Of a stretch of 64,000 nucleotides of DNA, positions 12,173-25,189 are shown one piece after another. Below the pieces are notes generated by a model, which did not search any database, was not told where the DNA came from, and saw only the letters and a program-made list of their open reading frames with translations. How positions within the stretch are numbered: position 1 is the first letter of the stretch; the number at the start of each line of letters is the position of its first letter. The stretch is from Psammoneis japonica (lineage: Eukaryota). The position numbers and the translations under genes were made by a program. The stretch spans positions 248,001 to 312,000 of the forward strand of contig QPGO01000070.1 in NCBI GenBank assembly GCA_008632985.1. Reading direction: 5' to 3'.

Positions 12173-13630
12173 ATGACCATCTTTCTGGCCCTGCCGTACG
12201 TGCGGGCTTCGTCCAGCCACATTCGACGGAAGCTGAGCACCAATGCATCCTTCAAAACGAAGGTTGATTCTCTCGCAAGAAAGGCAACTGCAGGCTACTT
12301 TCTAAGATCCGAGCCTCTGTCGACATCATCCTCAAAAGTAATGACGTTACTTCACCCTCCTGGTGCTTGTTCGGCGTTCACTCGCAGTGGGTCTCAGTAT
12401 CCCCCTCTAGGACTCTTACAACTCAAAGCCTTGATCGGAGACCCCGCCAAAGTGGATGTTCTAGAAGCCGACGGGAACGAATGGACCAATGAGGAGACAG
12501 TCAATCAACTTTGTCAAGATGCCCCCCAAGCCATTGGGATGACTGTCACGTGTGGCACCAAGCGCTTGACGCATGCATGGAGTACCATCGCCAAACACCT
12601 AGTTGTCGACTACGATCCCATTGTCATTGTAGGAGGGCCTGCCGCCGCTTTTGAAACACCTTCTATTTTCGAGGAATGTCCTTATGTGGATGTAGTCGTC
12701 AAGGGTGAAGGAGAGTTCGCGTTTCCTGTCATTGTGGATGCTCTTGAAACACTCAAGGGGGCATCGAATAGAGAGATCTTGTCCATACTGTCCGAGATTC
12801 CCAGTGTCAATGTTCGCAACTTCCCCCAAGTGAATGATTCCAAAATCGGAACCCTTCCCAAAGAAGCATTTGATACCTTACCATTTCCCGATCTATCGGC
12901 TTCTCCGGTAAGCAGGTACAAGGCCCCCGATGCCAAGCGTTCGCCCATGGTAACCATGATGACTCAACGGGGATGCATGTTTTCGTGCCAGTTCTGCAAC
13001 AGTCCTCAAATCCACGGTCGTCTAGTACGGGGCTGGTCCAATGAGCAAATCATTCGGGAGTTAAAGCATTTGAAACTTACCCATGGAATCCGTGAGGTCT
13101 CTTTTGTGGATGACGTCTTTACCAACCGTCGTGGTGGCCCTCGCAAACTTTGTGAACTCATGATTCAAGAAGAATTGAACCTCACCTGGAACTGTAATGC
13201 TCGTGCTGACCAAATCACTGAGAAAATGTCAATTGCCATGAAGGCTGCTGGGTGTCATCAAGTCTTCATGGGCTTTGAATCTGGTTGTGACGACATGCTC
13301 ATAAGTATTGACAAGGGCGAGACAGTAGCCGACCTGGAAAGGGGTGCCAAACTGTTGCAAGACGTGGGAATAAATCTGTCGGTGGGCTTCATTGTAGGTC
13401 TCCCTGGTGAATCACACGAGTCGGTGGAGAAAACGATTGAACTCTGCAACCGAGTCAAGCCGTATCGTGCACAGTTTACCCGCTACACCCCCATTCCTGG
13501 TTCCAAACTTGCCGATTTGTATGGGCTTGATGCTGGCAAGAGTGGCTTCCACGATCGATCTGGAAGGGATCAAATCGAGGATTGGCTGAAGCTGTGCTAT
13601 GATCAGTGTCGGTACAGACCATCGTTGTAG
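12173..13630 (+). CDS. Cobalamin-binding radical SAM protein (class B-like), intronless
   Basis: N-terminal B12-binding-domain signature (YPPLGLLQLKA, IVGGPAA, VVKGEGE); CxxxCxxC (QRGCMFSCQFC); FVDDVF, GFESG, GFIVGLPGES. Confidence 0.9.
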   Translation: MTIFLALPYVRASSSHIRRKLSTNASFKTKVDSLARKATAGYFLRSEPLSTSSSKVMTLLHPPGACSAFTRSGSQYPPLGLLQLKALIGDPAKVDVLEADGNEWTNEETVNQLCQDAPQAIGMTVTCGTKRLTHAWSTIAKHLVVDYDPIVIVGGPAAAFETPSIFEECPYVDVVVKGEGEFAFPVIVDALETLKGASNREILSILSEIPSVNVRNFPQVNDSKIGTLPKEAFDTLPFPDLSASPVSRYKAPDAKRSPMVTMMTQRGCMFSCQFCNSPQIHGRLVRGWSNEQIIRELKHLKLTHGIREVSFVDDVFTNRRGGPRKLCELMIQEELNLTWNCNARADQITEKMSIAMKAAGCHQVFMGFESGCDDMLISIDKGETVADLERGAKLLQDVGINLSVGFIVGLPGESHESVEKTIELCNRVKPYRAQFTRYTPIPGSKLADLYGLDAGKSGFHDRSGRDQIEDWLKLCYDQCRYRPSL

Positions 13631-14029
13631 TTGTGTTGCGCTGGACGCTGGAGTAACTGTAGCAGCATAGGCAGAATCGTCCTGCTAGTGAAACATCTCC
13701 GTGTGGCATCTGATAACATCAGATTCCAACAAGAACTCCTACATAAGCATTACTCAGACTCCAACTTTGGGAAGCAAACTAGCTTTCTTTGATGGGTCTT
13801 TTCATACACTCTTTCACAGCTCAGACATATCACGATCGTGCCCATTCTCTTTTTGTTGTTGTTTGTTTCTACTTCTGCATTCGATTCTTTTATATCTGCC
13901 GCCTGCCGCCGGTGTGCGGCGTGTTAGTTGCTCGTACCGGTGCTTGTATTAAGACGTCCTTTGTCGGTCACAGTCGTACCGCATTTTACCGGTAAAGAAG
14001 CTGATTTCCAAAATTGTTGTGACACGCGG

Positions 14030-14290
14030 CAATTCAGGGCTTGCACCTTTGGGAGCTTGGCGAAAAAAGCCTGAGCCGAGATGCAGAGCCGAGGTGCTGC
14101 AGAGCCGAGTCATCATGAGGTGCAAAGCAAACGTCACCACTGCAATGAGGGGATCGGCAGTGCCCCAAAGAGCTTTGGATGCACCGGCAAGTGCCTCCCG
14201 AGCGCTTGTTTTGTTGTCCGCCATGGTGGTGTTGTTCTTTCTGCGCAAAAATGGCAAAGATCCGAAATCCGGGTCCCATCGATCATGGCG
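14030..14290 (-). pseudogene. Diverged duplicate of exon 1 and 5' flank of the gene at 3479-4752
   Basis: MADNKTSAREALAGASKALWGTADPLIAVVTFAL vs MADNNAQDALTGAAKALQGIAKPLIAAVTFAL; shared upstream aaagatccgaaatccgggtccc. Confidence 0.85.
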
Positions 14291-14548
14291 AGCTCACGTT
14301 GAACGCGCGATGGTTCGCGCGAACGGGTTCGTGCCAAAGTTTCATAATGTCTATAGTCACGAATATATCAAATGTTACTTCGGTTCCCGCACATTTTTTA
14401 TTTTTTGTGTGTTCCTAATACAGTACGACAACAGCTCATCATGCATAGCTGACAAATGGCAAAAGCTGCGGCAGAAGAAACTTTCATTTACAATTTCATC
14501 CTAATCTTGTAGTGAACTCCCTAAATCTCTGCATTTATTGTTAAAACC

Positions 14549-16133
14549 ATGACATTGGAAGAGGCAAAAAAAGTGGATCCCAAACAAGAAGAAACTGCGG
14601 AGCAACGACAAAAGCCAAGCCTAATCTTGCTGGTAATTTCGTTGGTGGCTTGCGAGGCTTTGTAGAAGGTGACGACGAGACAGAGGAGGAGCAGCAACAA
14701 AGAGAGGATCAAAATGTCGATCGTCCTCATCATTTCGCCGGTGGATGGCAAGGATTGGATCTCGTGAAACAACATGAAGAAGAATCGGGAGAGAATGAAG
14801 AATTAGCAGAAGCAATCACAGAAGAAGAATCAAAGCCACAAGGACGCATCGCAAGAGTTATTGCACGTTTTCCACGCACTTACATGTTCTTTTCAAAATC
14901 GTCATACCGTGTTTTATACTTATTATCCTTACTTTGATATTCGGGGCCGGCCTGGCCAGACTGGAATGGGACGGCGAAAAGAAAAATAACGATGAAGCCA
15001 TGGCTCGGTTTGCAAATTTGGCCTTTACCTTTGATCAACTGTCTCAGAATGCCTTGTCTGCACCGGAACGGTGTTTAAAATCCTTTGAATTTGGGGACAC
15101 ATTCAATCGAACCGCCCTCGAGCTGCACATGAAGGAATGTGGGAGGCAAACTGAGGTGGCCCAGACCCGTGCGCTTATCTTTGCGTATTTGCATTCTCAA
15201 GAGTACGACGAACTGTCGTTTAATTGGATGACTTGTTCAAACGCGACATCCTCGTTTATTCTTTCCACAGATCAGGCAGACCACATTATAGATGGCTGGA
15301 CAAAATCATACGAAGCGTTGAGAGCAAAGTACAACGAAACCCATTCAGAAAGAGACGCACATTTCAAGGCGAGCAGTGAAGCCACCGGAACACTCGATTG
15401 CGAACCGAATGCTTCCGCGGGAGCACTGTTTTGGTTTACAGTTATGACGACAATTGGTTACGGAAATGCGGCACCGGTCACCACGGGTGGTCGCTTGATG
15501 GTTTACACCCTTGGCTTTTGTTCCATCTTGTTGTTTACGGCCCTGATTGGTCAGGCCGGACACATTTGCGTGACAATCATGGACGATTTCTTTCTTCGCT
15601 GCCGCGCCAAGCGACTTACCGAGGGGATGCTGGGGACACTGTTTTGGCTTGCCTGTGTGCTATTGTGGATGTTGGCAGTTGCTGGGCTCTTTATCAGCTG
15701 GGCTGCGAATCGTGCCAACCAGAACTTTCCCTTGAACCATGCCTACTGGTTTACATTTATCTCGACAACGACGGTAGGGCTGGGAGACATCTTTATTCCT
15801 CCTGATATCTTTAAGGGATCGGATATGTTTTACATTCCCTTCATGTTCTTGCTGGCATTTGTGCTACTCGCAACGTTTTTGCTAAAGTTCTCGGTAATGG
15901 TGACTGGATGGTTTCCAAACAAGGGACCGACGCTGGCAGCTACCCTACAGAAAAGTCGACAAGAGAATGTTATGGCAAGACGAGATGATGCAGATGATGC
16001 AGATGATTTGAGTCAAAAGGAACAGGAAGAAAGAGAGTCAGACCGGAGAATAGCAATAGATGAGTCTCTCGGTGAGGAGGACGAATCCAAAACGAATGAT
16101 TCTTCAAGGCTTCCTGAAGTAACAGTTAGTTAG
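14549..16133 (+). CDS. Two-pore-domain (K2P/TWIK-like) potassium channel; 5' part frameshifted
   Basis: Two pore loops TTIGYG and TTVGLGD with flanking TM helices; upstream frames 14549 and 14650 appear to join by 1-bp shifts. Confidence 0.85.
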
Positions 16134-16705
16134 AGAGACTGGTTGCTTTTTATATGGCAAACTGACCAACACGTGCTCTTTGTGGATGCTTTCAGGTTCC
16201 GGCTTGCCGGTTTGATCCCGCGTCCTGGCGCTATACGGTCGGGGCCGGCAGGTTCAGTATGCTCAGTATCACAGACCGCGAATCCTATTTCTGCGTGATG
16301 TGGTGTGTTGATATGGCTATAATGACAAAGTGATAAAGCAGACAACGATAAGAAATGAAGCAAAACGAATGTCATCGGTAACTCGTCAAAAAATTGTGAG
16401 AAGAAATCTGGCGTGCAACATTTTGGGATGAACACGTCCAATAGAGGTCGATGTGGAAGGAGGAATTTGTGCAGCAATTCACTTCAAGAAATCTCGAATG
16501 GACATCTTATTAGTACATACAATCATGAACTACCTCATCGTCCTCCTTAGTCCTTCTTCCGCAAATGCGTCGCAGAACTTACTGTATTTGCCAAATCTTT
16601 TGTTTCTTGGCGACACGTGTCCTCGCGTGTTTTGTTGTGTTGACAAAGGGTTGCTGTTCTCTCGGTGGCCGTATGGTAGTAGTTCTGGTGTGGCAGCCTC
16701 AAACG

Positions 16706-16803
16706 TCTAGTATTTCTAGGCTTTAACTCTCTCTACTCTCTCTAGCTAGTAGCCAGAGGGCTTTTCCCCTCTGCTACTCTAGAGCTAGACTACGTACAGT
16801 AGT
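16706..16803. repeat. CTAG/TAG-rich intergenic element
   Basis: tctagtatttctagg...ctctactctctctagctagtagcc...ctactctagagctagactacgtacagtag. Confidence 0.7.
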
Positions 16804-17172
16804 GATGTGATTTCTTTTCTGGATCGTCCGGCCGTCGTACGCACTAAGGATCGGCCGTGGTGCGTTGCGCCACAACTTGCGCGCGGATTGTGCGCGGATA
16901 GTAGCGCGTTCGTCAGCAAGCGGAAGTGCGAACCAAAATGGCGGGAACTTGTTATTGCTGTTTGGCTAACAACAAAAGAAACATTGGCAAACTGTACTTT
17001 AAATGGGAGTCTCAGATCCTACATCGAGTCTGCGAGTGATCCGACTGTCTCTATTTATTGTTTCGTGGCAGTCTCGCTTCTTGGGACGCGCAACGTGTTG
17101 TCAGGCGTTTCTTCCAACCACAAGCGTGTTTCGTTGGAAGACAGCATCAAAGAAAATATTATTGGTCAAACA

Positions 17173-19184
17173 ATGGATACTAGTAGTGTGGAGAAAGCAG
17201 AGGCGGCAAACTGGAGGGTCCTTGATTGTGAAGATCCTACCTCGGTTCTTTCTGTCAGCCCTTCATGGTCTTCATCTCAATACAAAGAGTCGCTTGAACT
17301 TTACGAGCGATTCATAAATTGCGACGATTCGTACGTGGCTCCACACATTAAGGAAGCCTTGAATTGTCTTGATCATGCATATCGACTGTACGGGCCTCAA
17401 TCCGTTGTTTGCTCGTATAATGGCGGAAAGGATGCAGTCGTAATTCTCATTTAGTGAGAGCGGCCCATGCTCACTATTACCGAAATCTCGCTGAGAACGA
17501 CGACACAATGGCGAATCATTCCCGCTCTCCCTCAGCCCTGCAGACCCCGAGTGATTTACTTTGAGCACGAGGATGAATTCCCAGAGGTGTTGGATCTTTT
17601 GCATGAAACAGTTAGCGAATATGATTTGGACATGGTCGCGTTCGAGCGGGGCATTGGATTCTCGGCAGGTCTCAGGATTCTGGTGGACAACAACATGCCA
17701 CAAGGTGCTTCCATAAAGTTTCCTGTTTCTTTTGTACTCGGAACGAGAACCACCGATCCAAATGCAGGCAATCAAGGCCAGTTTGCTCCTTCATCGCACT
17801 ACATGCCACCCTTTATGCGAGTGAATCCGGTCTTGGATTGGACCTATGGCATGTGTGGCACTTTCTTCGCCTGTTCAAACTCAAATATTGTTGTCTCTAT
17901 GACGAAGGCTATACAAGCTTAGGGACTACCAAAGACACGGTGCCTTGCCCAGCTCTTGCAGTAGCTGGTTCGGAACGAAATGAGGGAGGCGCCGTCCCGA
18001 AATTCTGGCCAGCATACATGCTTCGAGACTGGGATCAAGAACGAGCGGGGCGCATCTCTAAAGACAAAAAGGCAGCGTCAAAGCCAAGCAAGAAGAAATC
18101 GAATCGCATTGCAAAGTATAATTCCACGGAATCCCGTTTAAGTGCCTACACAACAATATCAGAATTGGGGAATGCAAAAGGCCCTGGAAGTACAATGGAA
18201 CCCGCCGCTTCGACTCAATCGTCTCAGTCCGTATCAGAAGCGACACAGTGCGACGATAAGAGCTTTCTTGGACAGAGTCTTCCTGCACCTTCGAACGCTT
18301 CCTTTTCTTCCGATGAAGGACAACGCTCGGTTGGCTTATTGGTTATTGGGGATGAGATTTTGAAAGGCCAGACAATGGACTTGAACACGCAGGTTGCGGC
18401 TGTCGCGTTGCGCAAAAACAATGTGTTTCTTTCTAGAGTTGTCGTCGTCTCGGATGATCAAGATGAAATTGTTGCAGAGATTGAGCGAATGCAAGGCATG
18501 GTTGACATCATCATCACCTCAGGTGGAGTGGGCCCTACGCACGACGATGTAACCATGAAGAGCGTAGCAGAAGCATTGGATCGTGATATGGTGTTGAACC
18601 AGCAAATGGTCGATCTTCTGTGTGAAAAAATGAATCCCGACGACGACGAGAAATCATCGGAACTGACGGAAGCGCAAGTCAAAATGGCTACCCTCCCTGC
18701 GAATTCCAAGCTCCGATACTTGACAGAAAACAAAAATGACTGGCCGGTACTGCAGTGTCGAAATATTTTCGTATTGCCTGGGGTGCCCGAATTCTTTGCA
18801 AAGAAGATCAGATCGTTGGCTGTGTACCTGTCGTCTCAGTTGGAGCGGAGTATCACTTACAAAGTTGTTCTCTCTGTTGACGAAGCATCCATTGTGGAGG
18901 CTTTGAACGCAGCGGTTGAAAAGCACCCAGATGTCAGTTTTGGTAGTTATCCTTTTGTCAGTCATCCAGAGTTTAAAACAGTGGTGACGCTGGAAGGAAG
19001 GATGATTGCTGGAAGCCCGAGACGGAATAGTACGCTTGACTTGAACATGTATTCTCCGTCGCAGGTTCTTTCTAAGGATCAAATGGACCGCAACGTCCGC
19101 GACGCGCTGGATAGTCTGATTGATGAACTGCCTGAGGGGAGTATCTTACGTGTAGACAACAACGATGGCTTTGTCTTTTCGTGA
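17173..19184 (+). CDS. FAD synthase (PAPS-reductase-like domain + C-terminal molybdopterin-binding domain); apparent frameshifts
   Basis: SYNGGKDA, LGTRTTDP, MRVNPVLDW and YTSLG, then IGDEILKG, SGGVGPTHDDVT and LPGVP; frame changes near 17454 and 17845. Confidence 0.88.
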
Positions 19185-19689
19185 GTAAACTTTAATAAGG
19201 GTCGACGTGTTTCGCATTACGGAAAGCCAACATTGTGGGACTAAGAAAGCATTTGAATAACATTGGACAAACACCGCCCTCCGGGGATGATGCTACGACC
19301 ACAAACAGTTGCAAAGGACGCTTGCTTGTTGTCAATATTCTAGATAGGCATTGAGAGAATGGCACACCAAGAATCCACCTCAGAGAGCTCTACTTAGGAA
19401 GCCTATAGACAAAGGGCTCACAGGCAACGCCAAGAAGAAGGCATGCACTGAACACTCTTTTATGTCAGGAGTCGGCTTTATTCCCGACGTGTTTCACAAC
19501 ATTCCTTTCAAGCCCGACTGGATTTTGATTTCCCAATTTACAGAGCGTGAAAGGATCTTTCCTTGCATCTTTTCGTCCATCCCACAATTAGCTTGCGGGC
19601 AGTGAGCGGCTCGCATCAGTGGACACTCTAGGGAGTACATTGACCAACAGGGAAGAAAACTGAGATGCACATTTTTATGTAAAGTACAT

Positions 19690-21870
19690 GACAAAAGCAC
19701 AGATGCAGTTTCCGTGGAGAAAATATCTTCTTTTCTTCCACTCCTCAGCTGGAGCAATTCTGCAGTTGCTCAAGTTTGGAGAAAGCTGCGAGGCAAACCC
19801 AGAAAAGGAGCTTCAATTTCCTGGGTGTGGACAAGTGCGGGCTTTGATTCGACCAAAAAAAATTGGTGAGCTTTTTGCACTGCTTGTTGCTGGCATTGAA
19901 TCCAGCAACCCAAGAATCCTCAAAAAAGGAGAAAACAAATGGATGAAAATGGTCAAGATCATTTTCCCATGAGCCGTTTCTGGTTCCTTCTGGAGGAGCA
20001 GGTGGCAGAGGTTGTCCCTCAGGAGACCCTGAGCACAGACATGATCAGAGAATGCATGATCCCAAGCACAAAAAAGCTGCACTTGTGGGCAGTGACTGTC
20101 ATCGACCCAGTGACTGATGGCTCAAAATCACCCAAGTGTCCGTGAAGCTGTGGACATTGCAAGGGAAATGCCATTGGGCAAACTTGGTCACACAGATGTC
20201 AATGGATGAGAAAGGTTGCCTTTGGCTGAAGAACCAAATTCATGGACCAAATTCAGTCAAACAACTCAAGAAGACCATGGCCTGTAAAACAAATCACCCA
20301 CAAGCAATGCCAGCCACAAGTGAGCCCTGTGACAGAATGTGCATGTCAGATGACTGGGGACATGGCTCAGTCATTCTTTTTTTAGCCCAAGATGCAGAGT
20401 TGGACAAATGCAGCCCATGGAGCTGTGGCTGTGTTTGCCTTGGTGGCTGTGGCTCACACTGCCACACACACAAGCCTGGCGCAGCTGGCACTTGGCAGAT
20501 GTGCAACATTTTCAAACACTCTGCAGAGCACCTCAGGCCAAGTGAAGACGTGTGCAAAGCAGAAAGCGAAAGCTCATCTGCGCAAATGGCAAACAAGAAA
20601 ATGCCCAGAGACAAAGTTGCTGATGTGCCACACAGGAGGGCAGCACTGCCACATTTTGTCAAAAAAGAACAAAAGTCAAGTGCAGCACTGACCGTCATTG
20701 CTGCAGCAGGTGCCCTGCCAGATGCACACAAGTCAATGATGATGGTGTGCTGCTCACACAAAAAGAGGTGTGCTGACAGACACACACAATCCAAAGCAGA
20801 TTGCACCCTGTCTCATGGCAACCCATGCTGGCACTTGCAGCCCTCATCATCATGGGAGAGCATGCAGCATGTGATGCGGATTGCCAGCAGACATCAGCTG
20901 TGTCCAGCAAAGTCAAGCTTCTAAATTGAAGCCAGAGACATGGAAGCATGTGCACTGCAAGTGCCCATGTGAGCTGGCACTTGGCCCAGTGAGTGGCAGC
21001 ACTGGCATGGTTGGCAATGTCAACTGTGAGGATCCATGCCAAGAAGCTGCAACACAACTGTGATGTTGCCCTCAGATGTGTGAAGACCATGCCTGTGACA
21101 CATGTGCTGAGCAGCTTCTTGCTGAGCTCCATGCTGAGCTTGGAGCAGTGCTCTGCGTGTTTGTGGATGAACGCCCTTGCACAGCTCTGCACAAAACAAA
21201 CACAGCAGCACTCATGTGTGACCCAGTGCAGGCATGGCACCTGGCACCTGCAAGCTGTGTGCACCTGCAAGTGCAGCCATGCATTTTCCAGCAAAAATTA
21301 AGGCACATGTCAAGCCACAGCAACATCAGCAAAACAGGCAGACTGACAGACCATGTCTTTTTCACAGCTTGTTTGGCAGATCTACCACAGTCTAAACCTT
21401 GAAGTCTGCCAGCATCAACAATCACAGAAACACATGACAACCACACCATGATGCCCACCACCACCAGCCACAACAACAAGAGGACACAAGAAAGGTCCGC
21501 CATGGGATTTCTGTCACAAAGAATGGGTCAATGCAGGCACTGAGGTGACTCTGATGCAATGTTTTGGTGGTTGACACTGCAGAGAAGAGCTGAAAAAGGC
21601 CCTTTTGCCATGTGGCCATTGCGGCAAAGATGGCTTTTGTCATTGTCCTCTGTGGTCGCTTTTGTGCAAGAGTTGGTTGACCCCAACCACAACAATTTTC
21701 ATGTGCAGCAGAGGCAGAAATCTTGACACTTCATCATTTTCACCAGAAAATGCGTGGTTGCAATCAAACAGGCGCGTGCAGCTCGCACCCCACTGCGAGC
21801 ACCTCAGCCACTCTGTGCCACTGCTGGAGCTCTCTGCTGGAGAGTTGGTGCAGGTGGTTGCCACTGGTGC
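19690..21870. other. TpA/CpG-depleted decayed block, unidentified
   Basis: TA and CG nearly absent; many spurious Cys/His-rich ORFs. Confidence 0.6.
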
Positions 21871-21980
21871 TAGAGTGGCTACTAGCCACTGCTGCTAGAG
21901 CAGCTAGAGCTAGAGTAGAGAGCAGCTGCTAAGTGCTCTCTCTAGTTAAGCAGCTGATCTCTCTCTCTCTCTCTCCAGCA
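21810..21980. repeat. CTAG/TAG-rich element, partly converted to CTGG/CCAG at a block edge
   Basis: ctgctggagctctctgctggagag grading into gctagagcagctagagctagagtagagag...ctctctagtt. Confidence 0.65.
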
Positions 21981-22169
21981 GAGTGAGCATGAAATGGTGG
22001 CATAGAGAGGCCGGCCGTAAACTTGCGAAACCGTCGGTCCTGCGTCGGGACAGAATCTTTGGAGTATCTTCGGAATATTTTGAGGCCGAAAGAGCAAAGA
22101 GAAGATAGAAGGAATCATCATCAATCGGCAATGGGAGCACGGAGTTATTAAGGACTAAGGACACCCACC

Positions 22170-23135
22170 ATGTCATCCCAGCTGTCTGCAGGAGCTCAGC
22201 GCACGGCTCAAGAGGCCGCCAATGCAGCTGTCGCGCACTTAAAAGGCAAGACCTATCTTGTCACAGGAGGTTACAGCGGAATTGGTGTCGAAACGTGCCG
22301 ATCGTTGCTCCGCCAGGGCGAAGCTGCAAAGGTGATTGTTGTGGGCCGCAACCGCAAGCTTCAAGATGAATTTGTCGACATGCTCAAACAAGAAGAGGGC
22401 ATTGACGCCAGTAAGATTGATGGTTCACACACCATGGATCTTTCGGATCTCGCGTCCGTCCAAGAATTCGCCAAGTATGTCAAGAGTGAATACTCCAACA
22501 TTGTGGCCATTTTGAATGCGGGCGTCATGAATACACCCCCTGGTGTGACCAAGCAAGGATACGAGCAACAGTTTGGCATAAATTGTCTTGGTCACTTTTT
22601 ACTAGCCAAGTCTTTGGTGGATATTACAGAGCGTCAGGTGTGGCTCACCTCGTCGGCCCACCGTCGCGACGGAAGTCCGCGCTTCAATGTGGAAGCCATC
22701 AAGACGTTTTGTTTGCCAGACTCGTCCGCCACGTACAATGGCTGGTCCGCCTATCAGCAATCCAAACTTGGTAACATTTTGCTCGCCAAGGAATTCGCCA
22801 AGCGGTACACCAAACTGCAGGCAGCTTCGTGCCACCCGGGCGTCGTGCGAACCAAGTTGGGCCGCCATTTGACCGTTTGGGATATTTTGAACTTTATCTG
22901 GAGCGCCATTTCTCGCGAGCTCTCCGGTGGTGACAATGGTGAACTCACCGCCAAGAGCATTGAGCAGGGTGCGGCAACCACGGTGACGGTGGCGGGCATT
23001 GACGACAAGGAGTGGGTACAAGGAGCTTACTACAGTAATTGCGAAATCATGGACGAGTCGGAATCGGCAAAGAACATGGATGACGCGGCTCAGTTGTTTG
23101 ACTTGTGCGATGAATTGTCCAAGGATTATCAGTAG
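22170..23135 (+). CDS. Short-chain dehydrogenase/reductase (retinol dehydrogenase/WWOX-like)
   Basis: TGGYSGIG, LNAGVM, NCLGHF, YQQSK and HPGVVRT. Confidence 0.92.
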   Translation: MSSQLSAGAQRTAQEAANAAVAHLKGKTYLVTGGYSGIGVETCRSLLRQGEAAKVIVVGRNRKLQDEFVDMLKQEEGIDASKIDGSHTMDLSDLASVQEFAKYVKSEYSNIVAILNAGVMNTPPGVTKQGYEQQFGINCLGHFLLAKSLVDITERQVWLTSSAHRRDGSPRFNVEAIKTFCLPDSSATYNGWSAYQQSKLGNILLAKEFAKRYTKLQAASCHPGVVRTKLGRHLTVWDILNFIWSAISRELSGGDNGELTAKSIEQGAATTVTVAGIDDKEWVQGAYYSNCEIMDESESAKNMDDAAQLFDLCDELSKDYQ

Positions 23136-25189
23136 GATATAATGACGGTGCCTGTGAAAGGATTTGGCGATTGACTTTTTAAATATAAATGGTAGTAGTG
23201 CCGTAATCAGGTCTGTGTCGTTGCGACTTGAAATATGGTCGACTGTGCTGTATGTTTTGGGAGGCAGACGCTACGCGACCAGCGTGCCAAACTACAGGTT
23301 TCCTCCTTCTCCGAGATAGTCCGAAGGAAGGAAAATGGAAACAACAAAGAAAACTGCAAGAGTGAATCATTTGCTCATTTATGTGCCTGTTACAAGCAAG
23401 TGGCATTCCTTGGTGTCCTCTCATTCCCCAGACAAGTCATGCTGTTTAAATGGGAAAAGGACAGGCATGGCATGAGGCGTGTCTTTTGGCAAACCCCGAA
23501 GCATGCAGGTGTTGAAGAAGAATCACTAACTCCTGATTGTCGTTTTTCTACCCCAGCATGTTTCAAGATGAACTCCCGGCAATTGATCAAAAACTCCAAG
23601 TTCTCCATGGCATTGGCGACATCCATGAGAGGAAGGCAACATTCCAGAGGCATGAGAGCTGTGGAGGGAAAGAAAAAGGTTGCAAGGTGGGATTTGGTCC
23701 AAATGGTGGCCCAATGACAAAAGTGATGCAACAGCATCCAGAGAAGGACAACAACGCAGGCGTGCAAGCAATCCTGGTGTGTCACCTTGCTGGGGCACCA
23801 GGCGGCAATTGTGAATGAAATCATGAACCAGAGGGAAACATCATGGGCCCTCTTGGCAAAATGCACCAACTCAGGAATGTTCTCACAGCTGCAGTCAACT
23901 GCAGTCCATCAATCTGCTTTTGCTCAGTTGCCTGCTTGGCACAAGGAGGCACACACCCAGTGGCTTGACACACACCCAAGCAATGAACAACAGCTCAAAT
24001 CTGACCTTGCCCAAGCACTGGCAGCTTGCAAAAAAAAGAACCAAAAAGTCAAGCACAAACACTCTGAGCAGATGACTCTTTTCCTCTGCTTCACCTGCAT
24101 GCAAACAGAACAAACAGGTGTCAGGCACCAGTTTCCCAGCATTGACAACTGTGCGGGATTTTTGCAAGACTTTAAAAAAGAGATGAGGTTGGATCAAAAA
24201 ATGTGACAGACACACACAAAAAGGTGACACAACACAAGGAGCAACAATGGCAGCCATGTGAAAATGAAAACAACATTGCACCAATTTCATGCATGTGCAC
24301 ATGACAGCACAAACATGACAAATTTAACTGACACAACATTTGGCTCCCTGGTGTCTGTCTGAGTGCTCTGATCAATTGCTTGAGGAGACAACACCATTGT
24401 CATCAATGCCCCATGATGTTGCAGCGTGCAATTCATGCAGAAAATTGCAAAAGAGCCAGTGACAATGATGCCCTGAACTTGACCACAAACCACATCCAGG
24501 GTCAATGTGGGTGCACATCTGTGCTTGTCACTCACCTTCCACAACATTTGGTGTGTTTTGTCACACAAAAATTAATCAACAGCATTGCTGGTGGCACGCA
24601 TTGAGTGCTGCACAAAAAGCACGGGGACACCGGAAATTGACTTTCTGCCCCATTTGTCTTTCCATCACTTGCTTGGTGTCTCACAAAATGCAGAGGGTTC
24701 TTGCAAGAAAGTTCCCACACTTTGTGATCTGTCCATGCTTCATCTGACACCTGTTTGTTCCTCAGTCATGCATTTTTTCTGTGCACAGCTGCGCCAGACT
24801 AACTTCACAAATGTGCCATCATGAAAAAAGGCAAGCTCACAAACGGCAACTTGCTGTGTGCTTGCAAAATTGACAATGTTGGCATCAAGCCTTTCAAAAT
24901 GATGAAAATCATGCACATCACTCAGCACGCAGCAAGGTTGCCACAGAGGGCACCTGTGCCTGTGGACACATTGTCTGCAGACACAAGGTTGAAAAACACA
25001 ATTTTGCACAGGAAATGCATGAGCGTGACAATGCACAGTGCTGCATGACAAAAAAGTCAATGTTGTGCAAAGCTCAGCAGACAGATGCCAGGGAGCCACC
25101 CCACTGTGTTTTCCAGAATGAACGGCATTTCTGCCATTGTCGCGTTGTTTGTGTGATGAGCGCAGAACTCGCCGGGACATTTTTTCCAT

